From Candidatus Fokinia solitaria (GTDB lineage: Bacteria > Pseudomonadota > Alphaproteobacteria > Rickettsiales > Midichloriaceae), in assembly GCF_003072485.1 (NCBI RefSeq), contig NZ_CP025989.1:805349-837348 (forward strand): 32,000 nucleotides of DNA, read 5' to 3'. The notes beneath the pieces are model-generated. The model saw only the letters and a program-made list of their open reading frames with translations. It made no database searches and was not told the origin of the DNA. The position numbers were made by a program, and so were the translations under genes. Positions 23,150 through 32,000 of this stretch are shown piece after piece; position 1 is the stretch's first letter, and each line of letters starts with the position of its first letter.

Positions 23150-25285
23150 ATGGAGTGTTACTGCAACGTTGCTCTTTTAGGGCATCCTAACTCAGGAAAG
23201 ACTACTTTAATGAATAAATTAAGTGGTACTAAATGCAGAACTGGTAATTGGTTTGGTGTGACTCTCATCAAAAATGAGAAAAAATGCGAAGAAATAAAAT
23301 TCATAGATTTACCAGGTACAGATTATTTTCCAAAAGGAGATTCTCATGAAGCAGAACACGTAGAGTATAAAGTTGTTTATGATTTATTGGAGTCAGATGA
23401 TGTAGATCTCTACATCAGCGTAGTGGATGCTACTAACATCAAGCACGATCTCGTATTCACTATGGAACTCATGATGAGAAAGGCTAACGTGGTTGTAGTT
23501 GTGACAAAGATCGATATAGCGAAGCGATACGGCATTACGATAAAACATGATGTTCTCGCCGCATTATTAGGCTGCGACGTTCTTGCAGTAAGCGCTACAT
23601 CTCGCACTACTATTACAGAATTAAAAAAATATCTATGCAGACGTGCTACTACTATTTGCGCAGCGAAGAAGAATAAAATGATACAATATTCAGATAGCAC
23701 TTGGAACGTATTACTTCCGTCAATAATAAAACATCAATTTCAAGATGATGAGTACAAAGCGCAAACAGTGATAAAGGAGTTGCAGCATGCTAAGACTATT
23801 GCTGAAAAAGAGATATCACACCATATAAGCGCATTCTCACTTTTTGAATTACTTCAAAATGCTACAATCAACCATTCTACGGCGGGTAGCATCGTACACT
23901 ATGTCAAACAGTTTTCTGAAAATATATTTTCCTACTACACATCGTTTATTAACGAGATATACGATAAAGCGGTTACTGTTAAGAAAGTCAGCACATTATC
24001 GAATTTCATCGATACACTATTATTTAAACCAATATTCGCGCTGCCAATTTTTACATTTTTAATAAGCAGCATACTCTTTCTATCATCATTATCTAACTCT
24101 TTTCTATCGCCAATATTACTTGATATTGTAAACGCTACTTTTACATATCCACTCACGCTAGCAGTTTGTAGCTTCCTGCCTGATGCGTTGATAATACCAG
24201 TGTATCGCAGTTTTTCTCTAGGACTAAACATCATTGTCTCTTTTATACCGCCTGTATGTACATTATACGCGTGCTTATTCACTTTAGAAGAAACAGGATA
24301 TATGAGTAGACTTTCACTCTTGATGAACAGTACTTTATCAAAAATAGGTATACCAGGGCATGCTATCATTCCGCTTATCCTCAGCTTCGGATGTAATGTA
24401 CCATCGATACACACCACACTCAGCATCAGTAATAAAAAAAGTAGAATTATCGCAATTATGATGATGCCGTTTATGAGTTGTAACGGCAGATTTATAGTCT
24501 TCACTACTATAGGGTTATACTTTTTTCACTCATACACATTTCTTGCGATATTCGGATTATATGCGCTCGGCGTCAGCGTAGGAGTTTTTACCGCAGCAAT
24601 ACTATGTAAATTACTAAAACCACGCACAGATACAATAATATTACGTCTGCCGCATCATACATTTCCCTCTCTTACTATAGTGGCGCAAAAAACATACGAT
24701 TTTTCCAGATCGTTCATATTCAGTATCACTAAGAGTGTATTTATATCTCTTGCAATATTTTACGCTTTTTCATCTTTTTCATTTAAGAACTATAAAATTA
24801 CTCAAAGTGATCGTTTGTCTCACTCAATTCTTGTAGAAATTGGCAAAAAAGCATCATGTATTACCAAATATATAGGAGTACATCCAGATGATTGGCAAAT
24901 AAACGTAGCGCTCATTGCTGGCATTATTGCAAAAGAAGTCATCATCACTACCGCTCGTACATTGTACACTTTAGAAAGCGATATCACTAACCAAGAGCTG
25001 TTACTACAAAACAAGCAAGAATGGATATCGAATCAGTATAATCAGATTTTTGACAAATATTTTGGAAAGAATATAGAGACTTCAAATTATGAGGAAACAC
25101 TAAAAATAAAATTCAGCAACAGCAAAAGTGCATTCGCATTTATGATATTCGTATTACTATACTTTCCATGTATTTCTGTTTTCGCCATTATAAAGTCTCA
25201 AATAGGTATGAGATGGGCGATACTATCATTCGCATGGTCAACTTTCATAGGATATACGCTAGCGTGGCTTTGTAACTTCATGTAG
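23150..25285 (+). CDS. feoB: Ferrous iron transporter FeoB
   Basis: 711 aa. The N-terminal G-domain shows VALLGHPNSGKTTLMN, DLPG and VVTKID. It is followed by a polytopic membrane domain with gate-motif-like segments. Confidence 0.9.
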   Translation: MECYCNVALLGHPNSGKTTLMNKLSGTKCRTGNWFGVTLIKNEKKCEEIKFIDLPGTDYFPKGDSHEAEHVEYKVVYDLLESDDVDLYISVVDATNIKHDLVFTMELMMRKANVVVVVTKIDIAKRYGITIKHDVLAALLGCDVLAVSATSRTTITELKKYLCRRATTICAAKKNKMIQYSDSTWNVLLPSIIKHQFQDDEYKAQTVIKELQHAKTIAEKEISHHISAFSLFELLQNATINHSTAGSIVHYVKQFSENIFSYYTSFINEIYDKAVTVKKVSTLSNFIDTLLFKPIFALPIFTFLISSILFLSSLSNSFLSPILLDIVNATFTYPLTLAVCSFLPDALIIPVYRSFSLGLNIIVSFIPPVCTLYACLFTLEETGYMSRLSLLMNSTLSKIGIPGHAIIPLILSFGCNVPSIHTTLSISNKKSRIIAIMMMPFMSCNGRFIVFTTIGLYFFHSYTFLAIFGLYALGVSVGVFTAAILCKLLKPRTDTIILRLPHHTFPSLTIVAQKTYDFSRSFIFSITKSVFISLAIFYAFSSFSFKNYKITQSDRLSHSILVEIGKKASCITKYIGVHPDDWQINVALIAGIIAKEVIITTARTLYTLESDITNQELLLQNKQEWISNQYNQIFDKYFGKNIETSNYEETLKIKFSNSKSAFAFMIFVLLYFPCISVFAIIKSQIGMRWAILSFAWSTFIGYTLAWLCNFM

Positions 25286-26380
25286 CTATTTTAGCTTCAT
25301 CCCTGCTTCTGTGAGAAATACAAATGTATCGTCCTTCTTCACTTCCATGATGGCGGTAAATGTGTTAAATCCCTTTTCTCGTTTAAGTTCTGCTTCTGCA
25401 AAATTTTCCTCTTCAGCATCTAGAGTTACATTACAAAATGAGAGCGGATATATAATCTCTTTGATATCTTGCATTCTTGCATTCTTGATTTCTTCTATCC
25501 TTAAAATAACAACATATTCATCACGTAGAAATGGTCTCGTCATACCTACTACAGGATTAGCTGCTATATTCTGCGCATATTCTTTAAACAGCGCCTTTGC
25601 TTCAATATTTTTAATTTCGTTTGCTATCACACGAGGAAACTGCGCATCAGTTTCAGCTTGAGGTGTGACATTTTCTATGTATTTCACCACTTCGTCAATA
25701 GAATGTGACTTCTTATACTGCTGCGCTATCTCCATAAGTAACGCATTCGTCAATAGATCTTTTCGTACCATTAATTGCCAAAAACTCACTACGCTATCTT
25801 CGCGTAAGTGAAAGATTTTTGATACTTCAACTCCAAACATTTCATTCACGGTAAGAATAGAGCCAATTTCTCCAGTACGCATCACTGCATAGTTGGATAA
25901 TCCGAATCCTGCATAGCATCCTTTTTCTCTCTTTGAAAGTTGCTGAAAAGATTCAGACATTTTGAATAGTTTCTCTCCACTCACCTGCAAATTGATGACT
26001 TTTTTGAAATCCGAAAATGGCACTCCTCTTTCACTCAATAACTTCGATATATTGATATTCCTGTGTTGCTGATATTCCTCTTCTATTTTCTTTATCATTG
26101 CATTCAACTCCTGCTCCGAAAGCTGCAGCTCTAACCTTTGAAGCGCTACACTTGCGAGATGTGCATTTATCATCACGCCTAGTAACTTCGCATCTTTCTT
26201 GACTTCTTTCTGTGATAAAATTTCGCTAGTTTTAGCAAAATAGTCTAAATCCACATTGGAGATAACATTTTCTCCAACTACGGCATATATCTCGTAATGC
26301 TGTGCAACATGGGACGCTTCTGCTTGCCTCACAAAACAGAATAGCAAAAAAGAGAGAATAATATTGCGAAATTGCTTCAT
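25286..26380 (-). CDS. Periplasmic SurA-N-terminal-domain-like chaperone (putative)
   Basis: 364 aa. It has a signal peptide (MKQFRNIILSFLLFCFVRQAEAS). IYAVVGENVISNVDLDYF...LLGVMINAHLASVALQRLELQLSEQELNAMIKKIEEEY resembles the SurA/PpiD N-terminal chaperone module. I could not recognise a clean parvulin PPIase signature. Confidence 0.5.
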   Translation of the reverse strand: MKQFRNIILSFLLFCFVRQAEASHVAQHYEIYAVVGENVISNVDLDYFAKTSEILSQKEVKKDAKLLGVMINAHLASVALQRLELQLSEQELNAMIKKIEEEYQQHRNINISKLLSERGVPFSDFKKVINLQVSGEKLFKMSESFQQLSKREKGCYAGFGLSNYAVMRTGEIGSILTVNEMFGVEVSKIFHLREDSVVSFWQLMVRKDLLTNALLMEIAQQYKKSHSIDEVVKYIENVTPQAETDAQFPRVIANEIKNIEAKALFKEYAQNIAANPVVGMTRPFLRDEYVVILRIEEIKNARMQDIKEIIYPLSFCNVTLDAEEENFAEAELKREKGFNTFTAIMEVKKDDTFVFLTEAGMKLK

Positions 26381-26459
26381 CTACTGCTAAACACTTTCCA
26401 TCAATACACAATATTCAATCAATGCGATATCTTCAAGAATTAATCGCATATGTTCCGTC

Positions 26460-28502
26460 ATGAATGCAAATTCTTTCAAGGAAGAAATGTTATATGTGAA
26501 TATGATATTGCCTATAGCAGTAGATACTCATTTCGTATACAGCGTACAAAGTTCTAAAGATAATGTGCTAGGTAGATTTGCAGCAGTGCCTTTCAAAAAT
26601 ACCACTACCATTGGTCTGATAATCTCCATCAATAACGATAAAAAGCATCAATTCCGAATACGCGAAGCGATAAAGATACTGCATGAATTACCAGCAGTAC
26701 ATTCAAATATGATTCGATTTCTAGAAGCTACTGCACGCTATAATATGTATCCTGTTGGAGTTTTTTACAAAATGATCCTCGGAGGAATGCATACAAAAGC
26801 ACATAGAATAGGAAAGTTCAAAATAAACAAAGCCGAAACTGCAGATGACAAATTGCCGCAGAATATCTCTCTTTCTCCTCAACAAATGGAAATTGCATCA
26901 TCGATTTCTGCAAATTTACAACAATACTGCGTCCATGTATTACATGGAGTGACAGGCTCTGGCAAAACAGAAACATACCTTAATGTCGCTAAGAAAGTAA
27001 TAGATAGCGGTAAACAAGTATTAGTATTATTGCCGGAAATACTATTAAGTACGCAACTTTCAGCAAGATTTAAGAAATATTTCGGAGAAATAGGTATATG
27101 GCATTCAGAAATAAAGCAATCTGATAGAAATGCCACGTGGCACAGAGTGCAGCGTGGATATGATGATATACCGATGATAAAATTCGTAGCAGGTGCGCGG
27201 AGTGCCTTATATCTGCCAATGCACAATATAGGATTAATTATAGTAGATGAAGAACATGATACCTCATTTAAGCAGGAGGAAAATCCTCTTTATCAAGCAA
27301 GAGATATGGCAATCTTGCGCGCTAAACATCACGATATACCAATAATACTATCATCTGCTACACCATCGATACAGACGTTATATAACGCTTTCAAGAACAA
27401 GTATCGCTACTATGAATTAACTCAAAAATACAGCTTGACGGATTTACCTCATATACAGATTGCAGACATTCGCAAAAACGCTTTGCAATCCATGCTTCAT
27501 AGCAAGCAGAGAGCCCTACCGATTATCCATTCTGAATCATTGCAAGAAATGCAACGCACTCTTCATAGAGGAGAACAAGTAATGCTTTTCATCAATAGAA
27601 GAGGATATGCAAATATCTTAATGTGTAACTCCTGTGGCGCAAGAATTGGATGTCAGAGATGCAACGTACCTTTAACGTATCATAAAGCAAAAAATATCGT
27701 CCTATGCCATTATTGCGGCTATCATCACTCATTGCAATACTCCTGTCCTGTATGCAATGACGCTAACGGTATCAGACTATACGGCCTCGGTATAGAAAAA
27801 GTAAAAGAAGAACTAGATAAATTATTACCTGATCATGAAAGTGCATTTTTAAGCAGCGATCTTACAGTCAATAAAAGCGCAAACATCCTTTCAAAGATAG
27901 AAAATGGCGAGATCAAGATCATCGTAGGTACTCAAATACTATCTAAAGGCTTCCATTTTCCGAATCTGCAATTAATCGTTGTAATAGATTCTTCCGGTAC
28001 TCCACTTATTAGCGATATCAGAGCACTCGAAAAGACATATCAAAATCTCTATCAATTAATAGGACGTGCAGGAAGAGAGAAAAGCAATGCGAAAATTATT
28101 TTGCAAACACACGAGCCTACTCACTGGTTTGTACAATCCATCATCAATATGGATTATGGTAACTTCGTAAAGCAGGAAATACAAAATAGAGAAAGTGCAT
28201 CAATGCCACCTTTTACAAAATTATGCACTATCACCGTGCAGCATCAGAATGAAAAAACTGCCCTTCAATTGATCGATACTGTAGAAAACACCATGAGAAG
28301 TACAAATAATAAATACGATGTCGTTATAATGGGCGCATCAGAATGCCCTATATTTAGACTAAATAGCATGTTCCGCTATCGCATTATACTGCAGTCACGA
28401 CGCAACATGGCAATACAGAATTTCTTAAATGATATTTTTCACAAACATCCTAATATTAGGAAAAAAATTAAAATCGATATAGATCCGTATTCCTTTATAT
28501 GA
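26460..28502 (+). CDS. priA: Primosomal protein N' (replication restart helicase PriA)
   Basis: 680 aa. It has Walker A (GVTGSGKTE), DEEHD and the cysteine-rich zinc insertion CNSCGARIGCQRCNVPLTYH...LCHYCGYH...CPVCN. Helicase motif VI reads QLIGRAGR. Confidence 0.9.
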   Translation: MNANSFKEEMLYVNMILPIAVDTHFVYSVQSSKDNVLGRFAAVPFKNTTTIGLIISINNDKKHQFRIREAIKILHELPAVHSNMIRFLEATARYNMYPVGVFYKMILGGMHTKAHRIGKFKINKAETADDKLPQNISLSPQQMEIASSISANLQQYCVHVLHGVTGSGKTETYLNVAKKVIDSGKQVLVLLPEILLSTQLSARFKKYFGEIGIWHSEIKQSDRNATWHRVQRGYDDIPMIKFVAGARSALYLPMHNIGLIIVDEEHDTSFKQEENPLYQARDMAILRAKHHDIPIILSSATPSIQTLYNAFKNKYRYYELTQKYSLTDLPHIQIADIRKNALQSMLHSKQRALPIIHSESLQEMQRTLHRGEQVMLFINRRGYANILMCNSCGARIGCQRCNVPLTYHKAKNIVLCHYCGYHHSLQYSCPVCNDANGIRLYGLGIEKVKEELDKLLPDHESAFLSSDLTVNKSANILSKIENGEIKIIVGTQILSKGFHFPNLQLIVVIDSSGTPLISDIRALEKTYQNLYQLIGRAGREKSNAKIILQTHEPTHWFVQSIINMDYGNFVKQEIQNRESASMPPFTKLCTITVQHQNEKTALQLIDTVENTMRSTNNKYDVVIMGASECPIFRLNSMFRYRIILQSRRNMAIQNFLNDIFHKHPNIRKKIKIDIDPYSFI

Positions 28503-28563
28503 ATGATGCATAAAAAATGAAAAAGCATTACAATCGCTTTAGCAAATTATTTATAAGTCGATT

Positions 28564-28938
28564 ATGTATAAATACGATACCGAAAATGTTTTTGCTAAAA
28601 TTTTACGCGGTGAGATCAACTGCAGAAAAGTATATGAGGATGATTATTGCCTCTCATTTCATGATATTACCCCTCTAGCTCCAGTACATGTCTTATGCAT
28701 ACCAAAGCTACAAGTGGTAAATTTTGAAACTTTTATGAGTATTGCAACTCCACAGTTCTCGCATCTCTTTTTTAGCGGATTATCCAATACTATTAAAATT
28801 CTAGAGCTACAAGGAGGTTATAGGTTAATTAGTAATTCTGGAGAAAATGCCATTCAAACAGTGCAACATTTCCATATCCACATCCTAGGTGGTGAGTCAT
28901 TAGGAGGATTGCTACCTGAACGTATAAAAAACGTATAA
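28564..28938 (+). CDS. HIT-family (HinT-like) nucleotide hydrolase
   Basis: 124 aa. It shows FAKILRGEI...VYEDDYCLSFHDITPLAPVHVLCIPK and the histidine triad VQHFHIHILGG. Confidence 0.85.
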   Translation: MYKYDTENVFAKILRGEINCRKVYEDDYCLSFHDITPLAPVHVLCIPKLQVVNFETFMSIATPQFSHLFFSGLSNTIKILELQGGYRLISNSGENAIQTVQHFHIHILGGESLGGLLPERIKNV

Positions 28939-28952
28939 ATTACCTAAGAAGT

Positions 28953-29948
28953 ATGATATTTCAAGATGATATTACTCGCATAGAGAATATAATTTATTCG
29001 TGCTTTGAATCTCAATCTGAAGAGAGAAGGCATCAACTCATACCTAAAGTTGCAAAGCATATACTAAGCGCAGGAGGTAAGAGAATCAGACCTTACCTCG
29101 CACTGTTAATAATGAGTTATAGCATGAAAGATACTGATTTCTGCGATGCAAGCTTATCTATATGCGCGGCAATAGAACTACTACACACAGCAACACTATT
29201 ACATGACGACGTCATAGATCATAGCGCTTATAGAAGAAATATCAAAACTGCAAACAAGATATGGGGAAATAATACAAGCATCTTAGTAGGTAATAATCTT
29301 TTCAGCAAAGCTTTCGAATTAATCGCAAAAACGAAATCTTATGAAATTATGGAGACTTTAGCTCGTGCTTCGTCACATATTACTCAAGCCGAAATCAAAC
29401 AACTTACAATAATAGGGCAATATAATATCGAGAAAAAAGAATACTTAAGTATTATATATGGAAAAACAGGTGCATTATTCGAAGCTACAGCTAAAATAGC
29501 TGCTATGTGGAAAAAATATCGTAACGCAAGCAAATGGGCTCGATTAGGGCGTAATATAGGAATACTTTTTCAAATCAAAGATGATGTATTGGATTACACT
29601 TCTCATAATACCGGTAAGAAACGCTTTCAAGATATTCTTGAAAGAAAAACTACGCTACCTCTTATGATATTGGTAGAAAATGCAAATTCGCAAGAAATGC
29701 ATATAATAAAAGAAATATTTGACAGTAAAAGGGGTGTTATAGCAGAAAGTAAACTTGACACTATCGCTCATTACATGCAGAAATACCAAATCGTGGAGAA
29801 AATACCACAATATACTAAATGTTACTTAGATGAAAGTATCGCAATATTGAACGATCTAAACAAAAATGCAAATTCTGAGAACGCTGTGCTCGCAATACAA
29901 GAGTGCATGAGTATCGTACATCATTTATCGAACTTTGAATCTGCTTAA
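28953..29948 (+). CDS. ispB: Polyprenyl diphosphate synthase (octaprenyl-type, IspB-like)
   Basis: 331 aa. It has GGKRIRP, a first Asp-rich motif LLHDDVIDHSAYRRN and a second Asp-rich motif FQIKDDVLDY. Product chain length cannot be read from the sequence. Confidence 0.8.
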   Translation: MIFQDDITRIENIIYSCFESQSEERRHQLIPKVAKHILSAGGKRIRPYLALLIMSYSMKDTDFCDASLSICAAIELLHTATLLHDDVIDHSAYRRNIKTANKIWGNNTSILVGNNLFSKAFELIAKTKSYEIMETLARASSHITQAEIKQLTIIGQYNIEKKEYLSIIYGKTGALFEATAKIAAMWKKYRNASKWARLGRNIGILFQIKDDVLDYTSHNTGKKRFQDILERKTTLPLMILVENANSQEMHIIKEIFDSKRGVIAESKLDTIAHYMQKYQIVEKIPQYTKCYLDESIAILNDLNKNANSENAVLAIQECMSIVHHLSNFESA

Positions 29949-30200
29949 CTCTCCTTTAAAAAAAATATTTGTCTAGCTGAAATTTACAATAAACTTTGAG
30001 AATTGCTCACTTTCTTCGGTGAGGCTATTGCTCATTTTTTGAAAACGGACAAAATATCTACCACTATCAATTAAATGATTTATAGTTATTGTACTTAAGA
30101 CATTTAGCTTCTAGAGTTCATACAATATTTTATCGATGTGAAAAGGATAAAAGTAAAATAGATGGACAAAAATTTAGAGTGATGCAGCACTTTCTGTATA

Positions 30201-31121
30201 ATGCAGGAAGATTTACGAATTAATTCGAACATAAATATGAACTTCAACCATAGACGCGTGTTGCTACTGATAGTTTCTCTATCAGCATTTGCTGTACTTT
30301 CTTTGAGTAGTATTTACATATTACATCAAACGCAATACGCACTTGTGCTACAACTCGGAAAGCCAATTAAAGTGATAAAAGCGCCAGGTTTATGCGTAAA
30401 ACTTCCATTTATACAGAATGTCATTTTTTTCGATAACAGAATACAGAATATCACCTTCTCCTCTAATGATGCGAATGAATTTGTTACAGCAGAACAAAAG
30501 ACAATGAAAGCTGATGCATATTGCAAATACAGAATTGTTGAACCATTGCGCTTTTATGAATCTGTAAATAATGAATATGTTTTTAGAGAACGCTTGCTAG
30601 CCGTTATAGAATCTTCTCTACGTAAGATCATAGGTAGTGTTTCGTTCAATGATGTTCTGAGAGAAAATAGAAAGGTAGTGATAGAAAATGTCTTGTTGAA
30701 TGTAAAAACGCAAATGAGAGCATTCGGTATTGAAGTAATCGATGTCAGACTTGTAAGTGTTCAGCTACCTGAAAAAGCACTTAAAGCAGTTTATGAAAGA
30801 ATGAAAACAGATAGAGAGAAAGAAGCTGTCGAAATACGTTCGCAAGGTGCGGCACAAGCAAAATTAGTCAGAACAACAGCAGAAAAGGATTGCGCGCTCA
30901 TTATTGCTGAAGCAGAGAGACGAGCGCAAGAAATTATGGGAGAAGGAGATGCTGAAGCGGCAAAAATTGTAGCTTCAGCCGCTGCAGTAGATAAAGATTT
31001 TTACGTATTTTATAAAAGAATTGAAGGATATAAAAAAGCACTATCTGATAAAACATACTTCCTTCTTTCCAATGAAATGGGATTTTTGGATACATTTTTC
31101 AAAGGTGTAAAAAGCGAATAG
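30201..31121 (+). CDS. hflC: FtsH-modulator HflC (SPFH/band-7 family)
   Basis: It has an N-terminal TM helix and an SPFH core. The C-terminus AEAERRAQEIMGEGDAEAAKIVASAAAVDKDFYVFYKRIEGY parallels E. coli HflC (AEAERQGRIMRGEGDAEAAKLFADAFSKDPDFYAFIRSLRAY). The ATG at 30237 (MNFNHRR) is an alternative start. Confidence 0.8.
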   Translation: MQEDLRINSNINMNFNHRRVLLLIVSLSAFAVLSLSSIYILHQTQYALVLQLGKPIKVIKAPGLCVKLPFIQNVIFFDNRIQNITFSSNDANEFVTAEQKTMKADAYCKYRIVEPLRFYESVNNEYVFRERLLAVIESSLRKIIGSVSFNDVLRENRKVVIENVLLNVKTQMRAFGIEVIDVRLVSVQLPEKALKAVYERMKTDREKEAVEIRSQGAAQAKLVRTTAEKDCALIIAEAERRAQEIMGEGDAEAAKIVASAAAVDKDFYVFYKRIEGYKKALSDKTYFLLSNEMGFLDTFFKGVKSE

Positions 31122-31131
31122 TAGAGAGACG

Positions 31132-31707
31132 ATGAAGAAATTACTTATCATGAAAAGTGATTATAGCGAAGTAGATAATGACTTACTTAGCACTATCAAG
31201 GATATCGAATTTTCCGTCTATGTTGAAAAAATATGCTGCTATAGCGTAGATAGCAGAATAAAAGTAGTGCAATCCGTAAAACAAGGCACAGCTACTGTAT
31301 ATGATGTAAAATGTCTCACTCAATTGAGTAATGATTGCGATTGTATACTTTTACTAAGTAAGCTCGGTAATAGTTTTTACGAATATACTAAAATGATGTT
31401 ATGCTACCTTGCCGCTTTAAAGGAGAAGACAGTATTGATTAATAGCAGCATATTCACTGATACATTTCTTGCGCTCAGTAACCACCAAATAAGAAATTGG
31501 TACATCTTTGGCAGTACTTGCAATGATTATTTTAGCCGCCTTGATCATAGCGCGATGCTAACACAAGCTAAAGCTAATTCAGTGCATTTTGTTTTATTTG
31601 ATAAAGAACGTAAGTCGCAACAAAATCTATTTGAAAATGATATTTTAAACGCAGCAACTGATATCGCTTTTGCATTTTATAGCCGACAAAATTCTCTTCA
31701 GTCTTAA
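31132..31707 (+). CDS. Hypothetical protein (191 aa, no family recognised)
   Basis: The ORF starts 10 nt after the hflC stop and is preceded by a purine-rich stretch (gtagagagacg). It has no TM segment or signal peptide. The alternating beta/alpha-like pattern (KLLIMKS..., CILLLSK..., TVLINSS...) suggests a Rossmann-like or flavodoxin-like fold, but I cannot assign a family. Confidence 0.5.
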   Translation: MKKLLIMKSDYSEVDNDLLSTIKDIEFSVYVEKICCYSVDSRIKVVQSVKQGTATVYDVKCLTQLSNDCDCILLLSKLGNSFYEYTKMMLCYLAALKEKTVLINSSIFTDTFLALSNHQIRNWYIFGSTCNDYFSRLDHSAMLTQAKANSVHFVLFDKERKSQQNLFENDILNAATDIAFAFYSRQNSLQS

Positions 31708-31803
31708 GCTATACATATTTATCTTGTAATCAGTACTTCCAGATTATCATCTTTACCATCATAAACATACAAGTGCGTCGTTATGCATTATTCACACATA
31801 TAA

Positions 31804-32000
31804 GTGTCAGAACAATTTCACATTAGCGGATATGCTGCAGTATTTGAATGTAATGATTTAAACAATGATATTATAAAACAACACGCTTTTGGCGATGCTA
31901 TCCCTCCTATGCTACCATTACTATGGGAACATGCCTCTAATCAGCCAATAGGATATACTACAAGTATAGAGCAAGATGAACACGGATTATACGTAAGTGC
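31804..32000 (+). CDS. HK97-family phage prohead protease, N-terminal 65 codons (continues past the window end)
   Basis: Hand translation from the GTG at 31804 (first codon after an in-frame TAA) gives VSEQFHISGYAAVFECNDLNNDIIKQHAFGDAIPPMLPLLWEHASNQPIGYTTSIEQDEHGLYVS. The pattern (I/E)GYA(S/A)VF...D..GD.I..GAF......LLW.H....PIG.......D..GL is the HK97 prohead protease / GTA g4 N-terminus. It is not in the ORF track because no stop falls in the window. Confidence 0.7.
   Translation, partial: MSEQFHISGYAAVFECNDLNNDIIKQHAFGDAIPPMLPLLWEHASNQPIGYTTSIEQDEHGLYVS

Noticed and set aside
28874-28882. DnaA-box-like 9-mer ATATCCACA (8 of 9 matches to TTATCCACA).
   Set aside because: It is a single copy inside the HIT gene, where it simply encodes the His-triad residues (HIHI). 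There is no cluster of boxes or AT-rich unwinding element, so no origin is supported.
30019-30045. Hairpin CTCAC-tttcttcg-GTGAG followed about 10 nt later by a T-run, considered as the ispB terminator.
   Set aside because: The stem is only 5 bp and the T-tract is not adjacent to it. This is too weak to annotate. It is listed only in case Term-seq data become available.

Overview
This window is AT-rich (roughly one-third G+C by eye, not computed) and gene-dense. It reads as core housekeeping chromosome of a reduced alphaproteobacterium, most plausibly a Rickettsiales-like intracellular lineage. The clues are GapR/DUF2312, a MidA-like methyltransferase, an HK97/GTA-type prohead protease, PPDK together with cofactor-independent PGM, and broken-up canonical operons. 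I support 29 protein-coding genes, two of them partial at the window edges: a DsbA-like protein, an AGCS symporter, xerD, rlmE, tig, gpmI, malic enzyme, a secreted pentapeptide-repeat protein, a tandem two-OB-fold ssb, fused folK-folP, rppH, rbfA, maf, rimP, ppdK, rnj, ispG, a stand-alone rplE, a MidA-like protein, gapR, feoA, feoB, a SurA-like protein, priA, a HIT protein, ispB, hflC, one hypothetical and a prohead protease. I found no tRNA, rRNA, CRISPR array, IS/transposase or integrase-bounded island. I do not see a convincing multi-gene novel system (defence, secretion or biosynthesis). Four observations are most worth a second look. (1) A 635-bp tandem array of about 129-bp units, each carrying a 12-bp TTCGAA-centred palindrome, fills an unusually large gap after tig. 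It appears to be built from the 5' end of a Cys/His-rich minus-strand ORF. (2) The SSB has two fused OB folds, the first of which has lost two of the four canonical stacking aromatics. (3) A signal-peptide-bearing protein carries about 50 pentapeptide repeats. (4) An intact rplE sits alone, away from any ribosomal-protein operon. All product calls come from reading the translations against remembered family motifs. No database search was run.
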